64,000 nucleotides of DNA from Marsupella aquatica (Eukaryota > Plantae > Marchantiophyta): the NCBI GenBank assembly GCA_973895155.1, contig OZ316895.1:14008225-14072224 (forward strand). The letters are read 5' to 3'. Of this stretch, positions 11,335-24,311 are shown one piece after another. The translations under genes and the position numbers were made by a program. Below the pieces are notes generated by a model. The model did no database searches. It was not told where the DNA came from and worked only from the letters and a program-made list of their open reading frames with translations. Within the stretch, counting starts at the first letter, position 1. Each line of letters opens with the position of its first letter.

Positions 11335-14300
11335 ATGGAGACTAGGGATAATAATAAGAAGGAGCAGCTTCCGCCGAGAGAGCTGTACGCTCTGTTGCAT
11401 CTGTCTCCCGAAGCGTCAGATGAGGACGTTAAGAAGGCGTATAGGCAATGGGCTCAGGTTTATCACCCGGACAAACACCAAACCGTTCAGGTGAATGGCC
11501 AACTCTTGCTCGCTTTGAATCCCTGTTAATGTCTTGAGAACTCAGTTCGCTCCCTGCACAATTCTTTGGCTCTTGCACTCGCTGAGAACGTGAGGTGAAT
11601 CCTACTGAGTTAGGGTTCCATGTCTGTTGACTGTTTCCTCGGGAAAGGCGTGATACAGAATACTTGAGCGATCTACTAAGCCTTACTGACTTTTACACCC
11701 TTCATCAATGACTCATGTATCCAGTTACTCACACAGTTTTGCTCTAGGAGATTTGATTTGATCCAGTCTATATCGTAAAAGAGTTCATTTTAGGGATATT
11801 TTTACCGTATGATATTTGAGTTTTGTTCCAGCTAGTCCATATCGTAGAGCAGCTCCTTTTAGGGCATCAGCATGTAGCTAGCCATTATCTTTAGTCTCGA
11901 ATTCTTAAATCACCTCAGCGTCCTTGCAGCATCGCAGGTCCTTTCGATTTAATGTGGGATGTCACGCATGTTTAAAATATACATCCCGTGCCCCTTCTTA
12001 CGCTCTGGCTCGCTCTCAAGAGCATCCTCATCTGTTGTCCCTTCTACCAATGCATTTTTCCGTCTCTCTCATACAGAAATTACATCGGAACCCTTTTGAC
12101 ATCGTAAGGGAGAATTAGGCTGCGACGATGTCCAAGGTCCTCTCCACCGTGCTACTCTTCTTGAGTCAGAGACCAAAGGAAGGAAAAGAATAGAAGCTAA
12201 TTCAGAAGTGTCATGCACGGTCTAGTATATATGTCGGGATCCAGCTCGGATTGTATTAGGGGTTTAGAGATAATGCTGATAAATGTTCGTAATAATGAAA
12301 CATTGCCTGATCTGCGATCTTGGAATCGTACTCATGGCCATTCTCAGGAAAATAATGCAGCTTCAGGCTGATGGGTAACGTGTTGTTGAGTACAGATGTC
12401 AGGGCTTTTAGGTAAATGCTTATCTTATTTCAATTTTCTCTTTTTCTGAATTTGTATTGAAATTGCGTTCTTTCTTTTGTCCATTTTGTCTTCAAATAGA
12501 TGCAAGACATTGCGACTGAAAACTTCCAACGTATCCGAGAAGCATACGAAATTTTGAGTGATGAGCGGAAGCGGCAAGTTTATGATCTCTACGGTATGGA
12601 GGGATTGACGTCTGGTTTGGAATTGGGCCCAAAGTTAAAGACAAGGGATGAAGTCCGACAAGAGTTTGAGAGACTGCAGCATCGACAGGAGGAGCGGAAG
12701 TTGGCTTCCCATGTGCATCACCGAGGGTCTATGTTGCTCAATCTGTCTTTTGCTCAAATGCTTGACACATATGATTCGGGCCCAAAAATGCAGGGGTATG
12801 ACAGCTCATCCACCTAATTTATTAGAGTTCCTGATTTTTTTTATAATCTTTCGTCTGCTTACCTTCGTAGCGTGAAGGGCCAAATGGCTGTTCTGATTAG
12901 AAGATGAAGAGTAGCAGGCTTGGCTTCTTTCTTCAGGAAATTCTCTTAAGGACAGAGGTTCTCAATGCCGTCATCTGTCCCACCTTCTCATTTATGTGAC
13001 ATGCCTTGGTAGAGCAGGATGGCCATGTCAACTCAAGTTCAAGCTCAAGTGTCTAAGAAGAACACTGTGGTCCTTGGAGGTAACATGGCCTTGCGACGAG
13101 GAATGGGAGGAGGCACTGTTACCATGGTTTTGCGGAGGCAATCATCGCCAGTATCTTCAATTGAGGTGCTGGGTATGGTTGGCATCCGTTCTATTCTGAG
13201 TCTTCAAACGTCCAGGTGGGATACGTTTACCCTAAACCCTAAAGAAGCAGATGGAAATCGAAAATTATTACGCATAATATCGTTTTAAGTAGACCATGTG
13301 CACATGTCATGGAGGGATGTTTCTATCAAGATATTTGTACCTGCTCTGCTGTCGAACCAAATACTTTTGCGGCGAGTTTAATCCTTCATGTGAAAATGTG
13401 ACACCAAATTTGTGTCATGGAACTCAATCTGATCAAAAAAAGGTATTTGCTGACGTGTTCCAGATGCATTGCACTGCTCTTTACAGGCAGTTGTCCTCAC
13501 ATACAACAGCAACGATGGGTGTTTCACTCTCGCTACGGGATGGAACAATCACTCTGGCAAACACATGGTCACGACAGTTGTCAGAGGATACAACAGGCAA
13601 TGTAAGTGGTTTATATTACGTCAGCTCTTTCTCATGGCTCCCAATTGCAGCAGTACTCACTGTATTATTGATGGCTTTTTAGAAATGGTGAATCGTTGAG
13701 GCATGTCCTGGACTGGAGTGGACTCCTCTGTGTTTTATCATTACCTGTAAATTCAGAAAGTATGATATATACTCCCCAAAATTTTCATTCTTGGTGGCTC
13801 GGTGAATGCTTTTTGGCAGCCTGTGACTCGGGGGCATAATGAGTTCTTGAGTACAGTCTTCCCAGAAAGATGCGAAAGATTTCGAGATCTGTGTTTTAAT
13901 CTGTTTTGTTGAGTCTTTCGTGCCAAATCTGTTCGTTTCCTCAACCCAGACTTGCCAATCGATGATTACTCTTTTCCAGGAGGCTAATAGGCTTGTGATA
14001 TTGACATGGCAGGTTCAACTTTCACTGGGACCAGATACTGGGATTGGTGTGGGTTGGCAGAAGCATGCTAAGAAGAACTCTGGTTCTTGTGATGTTAAGG
14101 TCAGATTCTTCGTTGTTGTTCTCCTCGCTGGATTGTTTGTATTACTCATGCCTAACTATGTTTTCGGTCTTGTCCATGAGAACGAGGCTGGATTGTCTGT
14201 CCTGAGTTTTGTCATATATAAACTTGTCCTGGATTGTATGTCCCGTGTTTTGTCACAACACACTGCACAACTTTGACGAATGAATTTTATCTTTGTTGTC

Positions 14301-16983
14301 ACGGATTATAGCTCAGTGAGGGCCCAAGGCTTATGTAGGAAAACTTCATTGCATTCTTTTGGACAGGTAGGTGCAACAGTATTTGGTGTTACAACGCAGT
14401 ATGTCCGTCATTTCTCTTCAAGGTCACATGGACGCATCACTGGCAAGTTAGGCAGGTGAGTCATTCGATGTCGGATAATATAAATTTATCCAATCTAGGG
14501 TTGTTGGATATTTAATTGATCTTTAGTACGCCAAGACGCCCGCTAATAATAGATTGTTATTAGGATATGGCATTCGGCTCTTACCCCTCAATGCCTAATC
14601 CTCAGTGAAATTAGCAGAGGAAAAGCAGTGTCGTATGCAAGCTGATTAATCCGACGAGTCTCACGCGCATGGAAAAGATCATGGATTCTGCGACTTGTGA
14701 TAGTTTTCTTAGCTTGTAGTTTTTAGTATCGTGCTGCATTTTTTCCTTCCATTCTCGTTTCAGTTCATTCTCATGTGCAAGAAATCCTTGGCTTTTGAAG
14801 TCTCGCACTAAAGGTCTCGTTTTGCTCGCCTCAGTCTCAGCCAGATGCTGCAAATATTGCTACATCGTGGACATAGCATTATAGAAAATATGGGACAAGT
14901 CCTGTTATGTATTTTTTACAATGGTTTGAGTAACCGGAAGTGTGCCAACAGATTCTGAACTTGTTTTTATTGGGAAATTGCAACAGTACCGGCGTAGAAG
15001 TGGAGATTGGTGGAGAAAGGCGAGTTTCTGAACGTAGCTCAGCAGCCTTGTTCTGTTCCCTTGGCCTCCAGGTACCTATTGACAAGCTTATGCTTCTTGG
15101 GACACGAACGATGAAATCTATTATTCTTCCTGTGTGTCTTGGCTAATCTGTTGTATGAACTAATTGAATCGAAGTTTTATTTCAGGGAATCACATGGAAG
15201 TTTCGATTCACTCGAGGTGGCCAGAAATTTGTCATACCGGTATGATAAATGAATTCTAGGGCTTTGCAGTAGTGTTTGAGAGTGTTGGAGAGTAGTTAAC
15301 AAGATTCACATTTCAAATCGTACACCCCCCTGACGATTGTGCTGATATTGTTCATTTATTTTTCAGATCATTCTATGTTCAACATTGAATCCGTCAATTG
15401 CTCTTGGGGCGTTAATTATACCTGCATCTTTATATTCCCTTCTTAAGGTATTCCCTTTCCCTTTCCCTTTTCCATGTTTTCTGGTTATGCCGAACAGGAA
15501 ATGCTCTACTCCTCTTCTCTATGCGACGCTTTTTGAAGATTTTCGTAGCGCAGACAGCCAGTTGTCGGTATATTTCCATTGACTATCTGGGTCATTGTCA
15601 CAGGTGTATGTTATCAAGCCGTATTATTTGAAAAGAAGAAGGCGAAAGAGCCTTGAGCAGAGGCGATTGACAGTTACAAAGGTGATTTCGATGTCATGCT
15701 TTTGATTACAATTCTCAAGATCTCACAGAATTCGAGAACATGATTTCTCCTGATTTTTCGCATTTGCTTGATGGTCTGTACCCTCGGACATTGTAGAGTG
15801 CGTACCTAGACATTTCAAATAAGCGGTAGCTTTTGCCGACCTATCCTAGTACCTCTTTGTACGGATATGGATTTTATTCGCCTCCTAATCAGATCAGGCG
15901 TGATGTGGCGATCTTGATGGCATTCTTTAGTATGGGTCAATTAGTTCGACAGTGGGCTCAATGTAAGCTTTAACTGCAGGTTCTTGAAGCACGAGCAGCA
16001 TCTGAGAAAGCGCAGTTGCTATTAAGTAACGTGGCTGAAAGGAAACGTCAGAAGCAAACCCAAAGGGATGGCTTGGTAATCGTGGAGGGTTTATATGGGG
16101 ACATTAAGAACAAAGACAGAAATGACTCGTCAGATATGCGCTCTGTTGAGGAGCTGGATGAGGAGGATGGTGACTTGCCGCCCCCACATATTGATGTCAC
16201 TGTGCCTTTACAGTTCTTAGTGGATGATTCCGGCGAGCTTCGGGTGGGTCTAATCTTGTTATTGGATTAGGGATTGTTTTGTGAGCAGGATCGCCATCTC
16301 CTTTCCTGCATGCGTAACCATTGAGTGTTTCATGACTTGTGGTATGTCATTATATGTAGTTGGGGCATAGTTACAGTTTCCTTGTGCCCTCAGAAAAGTC
16401 CCTCCCCATATAAATGCATTTAGGAGTATGATGTCGGCCATGGTTTGTGACCATGGGATATGTTCACATCGGGAGGTTTACATGAAATACTGATGAGTAC
16501 CTCCGCTTGGGCTTTGTCGTTTATATGTGGAGGCATACGAATGACATGCCTTACCAGTCCAAAGTACAGATTAAGATATTCTTCAAAGTTTTGTTGAGTG
16601 AACCATTTGGCGGGGAGTGGTATTATAACTAACCTTTTCGTGGCATTTACATTGCAGCTTCATGAAGGTGTGAAAAAGTCAGGGCTCATGGGTTTTTGTG
16701 ATCCCTGCCCTGGAGAATCTAAGCAGCTCCGAGTGTTATACACTTATCAAGGTCATCGATATGAAGTGAGTACTTGCCCTTGTAGGCTTCTGATGTTATA
16801 AAATCTAGATAATTGAAATGATCACTTACGACGGGTCTCTCAGGGTCTCTCAGGGTCACTCACAACCTCATGATTTGAACACAGGTGGTGGTTGGGGACT
16901 ACGAGGAACTACGGATACCTCAAGAATCGCACAGACAACATAGTGCGAACCCATCAACTGAAAATCTGAATCAAGTGGATTGA
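11335..16983 (+). CDS. DNAJC11: DnaJ chaperone, DNAJC11/Arabidopsis J13 family (J domain plus DUF3395), ~13 exons
   Basis: Exon 1 (11335-11490) has [33 protein letters not shown] with the HPD motif. Exon 2 has [18 protein letters not shown]-terminal exons have [11 protein letters not shown] and [24 protein letters not shown] introns; stop TGA at 16981-16983. Confidence 0.9.
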
Positions 16984-18867
16984 CCCTCTTACCTCTTCCC
17001 TGCCGTCTGTGTATGTCACTGCGTGCCTTGCAAATTATGCGCATGAGCACCAAAGCCCCTCTCGTTACGTACAAAAGTGCAGGACTCTACCTGCCATGTC
17101 AAGCTTCGTTCTCAATTTTTTTAATGATTTGGTGCATCCTTACGGGTTTCCTATGGTCAAAATTTTCCTGAACAGGGAAAGCAGATAGAGTGATTCGTCA
17201 GTGTCGTTCACTGAATTCTTTAAATTATGAGAGGTTCCAAGAAGCATTTTAATGTGAAGCACCGAGAAGATGCAGCAGAAATGCTTTTTGTGCACAAGTG
17301 AGGATGTCCACTACTTCCTCCCTCTCCCCTATCATCGTAGTTGGGATCTTTCTTCATCCTCACTGGCTAACAAGCGACGCTATGCTGAGGTTATCAACTA
17401 AGATTATACTGCTTTGCTCTGAATATTACCGAGGACTGTGGGCATCCACCTACAGTTTCTACCGACAGTTAGTTTGTCTAATCAAGTTATATGTATCCTG
17501 AGTGGTCATTTACTGGAAGACTTGCACTTACTGTCTTGTGTTGCAAAATGCATTGTAAGCTGCGGCATGCACAAGTTCCCCCCCCCCAAAAAAAAAAAAA
17601 AAAATTCTCAGAGAAAGAGTATTGCTTGCTCTTGGTAAAGAGAGTGGTAGAACGGACACTAGACAGAGTGATAGAGATTAGATGCTGGTAGCGCTTGACT
17701 TTTTACCAGCGTCCTTAGAAGCGGACTAGACATCTTGCGCCCTTTGTGTATGAAGGCACCTAGTTAACTGGATGACGCTGAGCAACAGCTACGCGGTTGG
17801 TATTCACAGGTTGCCTTGGAAGACTTCCAAGTCTCACTACAATTTTGGCCGTCTTTTCCCTGTGTTGTTTATGGGAAAGTATCCAACATCAATAGAAAGG
17901 TGATAAGTTAGTGATCATCAATCAAAGTGATGGTCAGTTGCGATATAATTATTCGTGTACCTTTGCATTGTCCTTAATTGGACTGAGAACATTATCTGAC
18001 ATTGTCTGAGATTTCCTTAAATTGATGGGCACTTGAGGCTCGCAAGGCTATGGCTCTGAGATGTCTTATCCAGGATGCTGAATGTGTTTTAAGATTCTAC
18101 TTATTGCCTTCTATGAGACTTTCCATCCATATCATTTTATGTTGTTTTTCACACTCTTTGTTAATGCGGTTGTCCTCGTGGTGCGAGTTCTCCAAGCTAG
18201 CTTGTTTAGCGGATCAAGTACGCCCAATAATTGAGTGTACCAAAATTTCTGTGGTTTTTCAAGAGGGAGGTAAACGAGAGGCTCAGTGGCCTGTTTTGTA
18301 GAGTAATTTTAAATACTTTGTTGGTGATGAGCGTGGATTGTTTTTCGAGGCGGCTGTTGTGACTGCGTGCCATACAAGGTGGTCCTGCAGGACTCACGAA
18401 ATCATGAGTAGATCAATAGGAGATCCGAGTCAGCTGATGCACATCTGTGAGAAATAAGTGGAATTTACTCGGAGGACGATTTCTGTACCCCCTACTATCA
18501 CTCATGGCCCGTAGTGTACGTAATCTGCCATGTCACATCCTCGTGTAGTATGGCCCGACTCTGTTAGCGCAATTGGCTCTCAGTTGCAGTCTTGGGGATC
18601 CCGGCTGATAGGAGTTTTCTTAGATGTGGTATGGATAGATTTGAAAATTCATTGGATTCGGTCGCGAGTATAGCGAGAACGAATACGGCCAGGTCTGATT
18701 TTCTTTATCAGATTGCAAGTCTCACACCGTCACACAATGAGAAACCAACTCATCCAAGCCTCGGAACAGGACACTCGCTCATGCCTCAGAAGAATTGTTG
18801 CTATTTGCATGCGTGGATGTGGGATCTAGGGGGGTACTAGACTAGTATTGCTGGTGAAAAATGCATC

Positions 18868-19944
18868 TCACTCGGACAGGCTACTGGTCTGAATTTCAAG
18901 CATAAGCATGACTGCAGCCAGCAGAGCCACAGTTGCTGTCTCTACTCTTAAACGAAGTGGTCCTAACCCTACAGGTATTGCGCCCATGCTAACAAGGGAG
19001 TCGAGCTCCTCGGGAGTGAAATCTCCTTCTGGGCCAATGAAGAGTATTCCACTTTGCAGCGGACTGGGTACCCTTGACACCATCTCATACAGAGGTGGAG
19101 CTCCTGCAGTAGCAACGAATGCAACCTCGGCTCGGGAAACCAGTGGCAGAAAAGACTGAAGCGAAGTCGGTTCTTCTATGTCCAAGCTATGGAGTCTTTG
19201 ACATTGCTTTGTGGCGGCCAAGGCAATCCGTTGCCACCGATCCGGGCGCCCACCTGAAACTGAAGACGATCTTTGTGTGAGCAATGGAGTGAGGGTTCTC
19301 GCTCCCAGCTCCGTGCATTTTTCAACCAGCCATTCTCCTCGCCCACCCTTCAGCGAGCAAAATGCTGCAGCAACGTGCCAATGTGGGCCCAGTGGAGAAA
19401 GCGTGAGCAAGTTCTCCAACGTGACCACCTCGGCAGCAGTTCGACTGACGCTCGTCAACTGCCCCTTCGTAATGCCTCCTCTCCCATCGAAGAGCTCAAC
19501 CCTGTCCTTCACTTTCAACCTCAGTACTCTGGTCATATGCGAGAATTCCTCCCCTTCCACTCGCGCAACCATTCCCTCGAGGGCTGGTAACCGGTCGACA
19601 TGAAAACGAGGTAATCCTCCTCGCGATTTATCTGGTTGCTCTGCCACACCCGAGCACAGAACAGTGCTGTGGAGGATTCTGCGCAGGCTCATTCCTCGCC
19701 ACGGCGTAGGGTTCAAGACCACAATCCCTAAACCCAAGCTGTGAACACTCTTCTTCCCCAGAAACGAAGTGCGTTTCAAAGCGTGTGCTGAGGAGAATTT
19801 GGTGACCATTGTCGGAAACGAAGCTGAGGGTCCTGAAGAAAGCAAATGACAACTAGCCAGGCGATGCTGCCTCCCTTGCCGGATGCAGCACACCAGCGAC
19901 GCACTGGCCGCCTCACGCAGAATCATCGTCCTCATCATCTTCAC
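18868..19944 (-). CDS. rsmE: 16S rRNA m3U1498 methyltransferase RsmE (SPOUT) with N-terminal organellar transit peptide, intronless
   Basis: HMTRVLRL, EWLVEKCTELG, AATKQCQR, IGPEGDFT, LGPLRLRVETA motifs; ~100-aa Ser/Arg-rich N-terminal extension. Confidence 0.93.
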   Translation of the reverse strand: MKMMRTMILREAASASLVCCIRQGRQHRLASCHLLSSGPSASFPTMVTKFSSAHALKRTSFLGKKSVHSLGLGIVVLNPTPWRGMSLRRILHSTVLCSGVAEQPDKSRGGLPRFHVDRLPALEGMVARVEGEEFSHMTRVLRLKVKDRVELFDGRGGITKGQLTSVSRTAAEVVTLENLLTLSPLGPHWHVAAAFCSLKGGRGEWLVEKCTELGARTLTPLLTQRSSSVSGGRPDRWQRIALAATKQCQRLHSLDIEEPTSLQSFLPLVSRAEVAFVATAGAPPLYEMVSRVPSPLQSGILFIGPEGDFTPEELDSLVSMGAIPVGLGPLRLRVETATVALLAAVMLMLEIQTSSLSE

Positions 19945-20079
19945 CGTCGCATCGCATCACATCACATTGCGTGAAAGAGTTTCTCGGTTCCCTTGCGGGG
20001 CAGAGGGCGAGCAAATTCGCCATCGCCACCGTCATCATTAGCAGCGCTGATCACTTCGCTCCCAGTTTCGGTCTACATG

Positions 20080-20660
20080 TTTTTCGCCTTGAACATCCAA
20101 TTGACATCCATTTTAAGAGACAACATTTTTGCCTTCAATTTTTTTTCCTTGAAACATCCAATTGAAAATTGAAATCCATTTTAAGAGACATTTTTGCCTT
20201 CAATTTTTTGCCTTGAAACATCCAATTGAAATACATTTTAAAAGACATCCTTTTTGCCTTCAATTTTTTGCCTTGAAACATGCATCCATTCAAAGAGACA
20301 ACATAAAAAGGGAGACAACATACAAAGGGAGACATAGGGGGACAACACCCAAAGGGAACGGGAGGGCTAAGTGCAAGAGACAATATACAAATGTGGGACA
20401 ACATCCAAAGGGAGACTTAGGGGGACAACACCCAAAGGGAACTGGAGGTCTAAGTGCAAGAGACCGGTGGAGCCAGCACCATGCAAGATAGAGGAGAGGC
20501 CTCAGCAATGAGACAGCTAAACGAGACGTTCCACAACTGTAGGGGGAGCAGCACACTCCGTAAGACCACCAAGATAGAGGAGAGGCCTCAGCAACAACAG
20601 CTAAACAAGCCGTTCAACAGTTGTAGGGGGAGCAGCACACTCTGTACAACCGGCCAGTGA
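20080..20660. repeat. Cluster of short tandem duplications (~55-bp x3-4, ~70-bp x2, ~88-bp x2)
   Basis: Repeated TTTTTGCCTTGAAACATCCAATTGAAA, GGGGGACAACACCCAAAGGGAAC and AAGATAGAGGAGAGGCCTCAGCAA...TGTAGGGGGAGCAGCACACTC. Confidence 0.75.
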
Positions 20661-21857
20661 TGAAGCCAGGGCGAGAGACCATCCATTTTGGTCTGCATGT
20701 TGCTGCTCACTTTAAACTGATCAGCCTCTATCTACATAAGGGCAATGACTGGGAGCAATTATTCTCGTTGTGCACCTAGAGTATGTCCCACCCTACTGGA
20801 CATTGCTTACCTGGTACATTCAAAGGTAATGTGTTTATTATTCTCCTTGTCCTCTTGGATTTTGCTTACAGGGTACATTTAATGAGAATATGTTTATTAT
20901 TCCCCTTGTCCACTTATAGCATGTTTAACCCAAACCCAACTGGATTTGCTTACAGGGTGTTTGCAAGGTACATTTAAGCTCCAGTCTCTCAACTTAGTTT
21001 TTAGTACTTGCTATCTTGTCAGTGTAGGGTCTGATGGAATGTGCTCTCATGTTCCACATTTATTGTCTAGTTTGAGCCAACAGTTGCTTACAGTTCAAAC
21101 AAGGTCGCCCACTTGTTGTCCTGGGCCGGAGGCTGGGAAGCGCCCGGTTTTGCAACACTCGTCCACATGATGAATTTAGAGTCTATGCTCAGATGACTTT
21201 GAGCCCTGATATTGATTCAATTTTGGAAAAGTTCATTGTGATTGGAAAATAATTATAGTTTACATATCCCAAGGCAAGTACAGGCGTGTGGGTACAGGAA
21301 GTTCCCTAGCTCTCTAAATTAAAAGAGAATTAACACTTACTCCTTTGTAGACAGTGGAGTTGGGAGCTGACTGCTTGGGGAGCCATATAAATTTTCCACA
21401 TTCCACTAAGTCCTCTCCTCTGCATGCAAGTCAGCTCCACTGCTAGGAGGCAGAATAAGTATAATTGAAGAATTGTAGAAATTTTACAGTATAAACTGAA
21501 ACAACGTTTAGTCTTGGTAAGGATAGCAGTGGAGAAAATCTGGTCAGAATTGGGTTGTATATCACCAAATATACATACTGCTTGGAGGCATTAATAATGC
21601 TAGAAGAAATGTAGAAATTTTACAGTAATAGATAGATTGGAACATATTGAAACAACCTTTCCTCCTTGTAAAGATAGCAGTGGAGACACTCGGGTCAGAA
21701 TATTTTCACCCAAAAAGAAGAAATTCCTTGAAGGAAAAAATAGGGAATCGTTGAAGTTTTACAATTCTTACAGTAGGAGATAGACTGAAATAGAAAAAGA
21801 AACTTAAAACAGCCATATCAAAGGTCTTATCTGTCCTCCAAAAGCCACCATGCGGGA

Positions 21858-21939
21858 CGACGCCTGAGAGATTCGAACTCTCGCGGGCAGAGCCCATGTA
21901 CTTAGCAGGCACACGCCTTAACCACTCGGCCAAAGCGTC
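21858..21939 (-). tRNA. trnS-GCT: tRNA-Ser (anticodon GCT)
   Basis: 82 nt, GACGCTT...AGGCGTCG. D-loop TGGCCGAGTGG, anticodon loop CTGCTAA, long variable arm, T-loop GTTCGAATC, and TTTT terminator shortly downstream. Confidence 0.95.
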
Positions 21940-22550
21940 CCGTGGTGCTCAGTATTGGAACATTTATATATTTGTATAATAATTTCTCCTGGGTCATCTC
22001 ACTTACCGTTGATTATTCTTGGACTTAAGTACGATTGCATCATTGCATGTCAGCTATCAGTGAGTTACCGTAAGACGCTTGAGGTCCTGCTGTCGGCTTT
22101 GACTGACCTTACACAGCCTGGTACTGGTACACCGTACCCGAAGAGCCTGCCGTCAGAGAGTTATCCGGAATCCACGGCCGAGATGATGCCTTCACCAAAA
22201 TGACCAGATCCTGTCCGTAGCATCACTCTGCACCCACACCGCACTGTACTGTAATAACACTCCGTTCCCAGTAATGTCGCAGACTTTCAAAAGGAACGGT
22301 CATTGCTGCAAACTGTACTTGACGTGTAAAAGTAATCTTTAGATGAAAGTAAACACTACTTCACTTATAGCGATGTAAAGCCCTGATGCAAAATGTAGAG
22401 TAGGGTGTCTAAAACGTCTCAGTTATGACTTCTGTCACAAAGGTTTTATCCGAAATAAAGAGACGGACGCTCTAGTGTATTGGTGCAGTAGCTCTTTCGA
22501 CCTTCAGTGCTACCTTCAGTGTTTGTATTTTTTAAGCTCTTTCTTAGATC

Positions 22551-23090
22551 TTACACCTATCACAACAGTCTAAACCCATTTGTAATTCATAGTAGGAAAG
22601 GGAGTGAGTTACACCTATCACAACAGTCTAAACCCATTTGTAAATCATTGTAGGAAGGGCACTGAGCTACATTGGACGTCACAATTTACTGTTAGATTGA
22701 ACACTGGAGAGGCATGAAATGTTTTGAAATGGATCCTTTTGAATGGTTAGATTGAACCCTGGAGAGGCATGAAATGTTTTGAAATGGATCCTTTTGAATG
22801 GTCTCAGGAGCAAACACAATAAACGCTGACCATTCCTGAATTAAGTGTGTGGTCAGATCGGAACATTAGGAATTACTGGTAAGTTCCTTGACATGTCAGA
22901 ATCCATTGTACAGTGGAGAATCCAAATGTCCAGCCTTTTCCCAAGAGAGGTTATCCAATCAAAGTATATGGTGAAATCGATGCATAGAAATTACATGCAA
23001 GTTCATTCACATGTCATAACCAATTTTGCTGAGCAGAATCCAAATGTCCAGCCTTTTCCCAAGGGTGGTTATCCAATCAAAGCATAGAAA
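22551..23090. repeat. Three adjacent tandem duplications (~58, ~54 and ~120 bp units)
   Basis: TTACACCTATCACAACAGTCTAAACCCATTTG x2; GTTAGATTGAAC.CTGGAGAGGCATGAAATG...GAATGG x2; AGAATCCAAATGTCCAGCCTTTTCCCAAG x2. Confidence 0.75.
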
Positions 23091-24311
23091 CTACTAGTAG
23101 GCTCATACGTATCTCAGAATCCACTGTTTTGCAGAATTTCGATCTTAGAACGAGAAGCCGGTCGGCAGTTTCCCGTGTCCTTTTCTTACCTTCTAATGAT
23201 CGCAGGTGTAAACTTAGGGGTCTAAAAAAGGAATTATAGTAATAATCATGAGTAACTTTCCAACACTTCATTATACTGTTATTCTTTAGAAATTATTAAA
23301 AAACTATCTCCACGTAGATTGGCTGGAAGTTGTCCCTTATGATTCCATTAGCACAGTCCTTCGTATGCACTCGGGCTTTCCAGTTCAGTTATATCTCCAG
23401 CTCTCCACTTCTCATGAACCTGCAATTACTGGCGGGAGAGATTGAACAATTAGTTTCAAAGAAACGACCGTGGAACGTACCTTAACTTTCGTAGCAGTAT
23501 TAAGAGGTGTGGATTGAGAGATCATTTATCAAAGTTAGCGCACACTTGCTTCCATGTCAGAACTACGAAAAGGTTTTTATTCAAACTGCAAACTGCAAAC
23601 TCGGATACAATCTTCGTGATCCTCGCTAACTGTAACTCTTTCAGACTGCATGCATCGAAAGATCTGTTCCTACCTAGAAAGCTCCAGTGCTAGTTTTTGG
23701 AGGAATTCGTTTCAAGGCTCATGCAGAGCAAAGGTTGCCTTCAATTCAATCAAATGTCAATGTTGCAATCGATTTGCAGCATTCTACAAATTCGTTCCAA
23801 TTCAGTCACCTTCAATGACAGAGCCGGTAAGAAGGAATGAGGGCACGGTTTCATACTACACGAACAGCAGTTGGCAGTAAGCTGCTGAAGATGAGAAACC
23901 TTAAAAGTGGAAGTGTCAATCACAACTGGAAACCTTCTATTGAGGCATCCAAAACTAATATGAGAAGTCGAAGATATTTACATGGCAATAGGCAACCGTT
24001 GGGGTGGCAAAAATTATCGACAGATCGACTCAAGTTAAATTTTTAGATGAGTTTGAGTACACTTTCCTGTGTCAGAGTTCGTTAATAGAGGTCTGCTACA
24101 GTCCTGTTTCGCTCAATTCTCGACTGGGAGCTACAGTCGATGCTGAAGTATTGACATCACATATGATGTGGTAACGTATCCCAAGGATGAGAAGAATTCC
24201 GCTCTACTGCAAGAGACTATGTTACAAAGGCTTGTACAATGTGAGAAAAAATCGAAGACTATACTGGAACTCGGCGGGCGATTTCCGAATGAAATAATTC
24301 CTATCACCTAC

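Noticed and set aside
17578-17604. C-run followed by A-run as a retroposon tail
   Set aside because: No TSD or recognisable upstream element; a simple homopolymer.
20080-20290. CRISPR-like repeat array
   Set aside because: Eukaryotic context, and the units are contiguous tandem copies without unique spacers.
21706-21933. 75-aa ORF MAEWLRRVPAK...
   Set aside because: Spurious translation of the tRNA-Ser gene.
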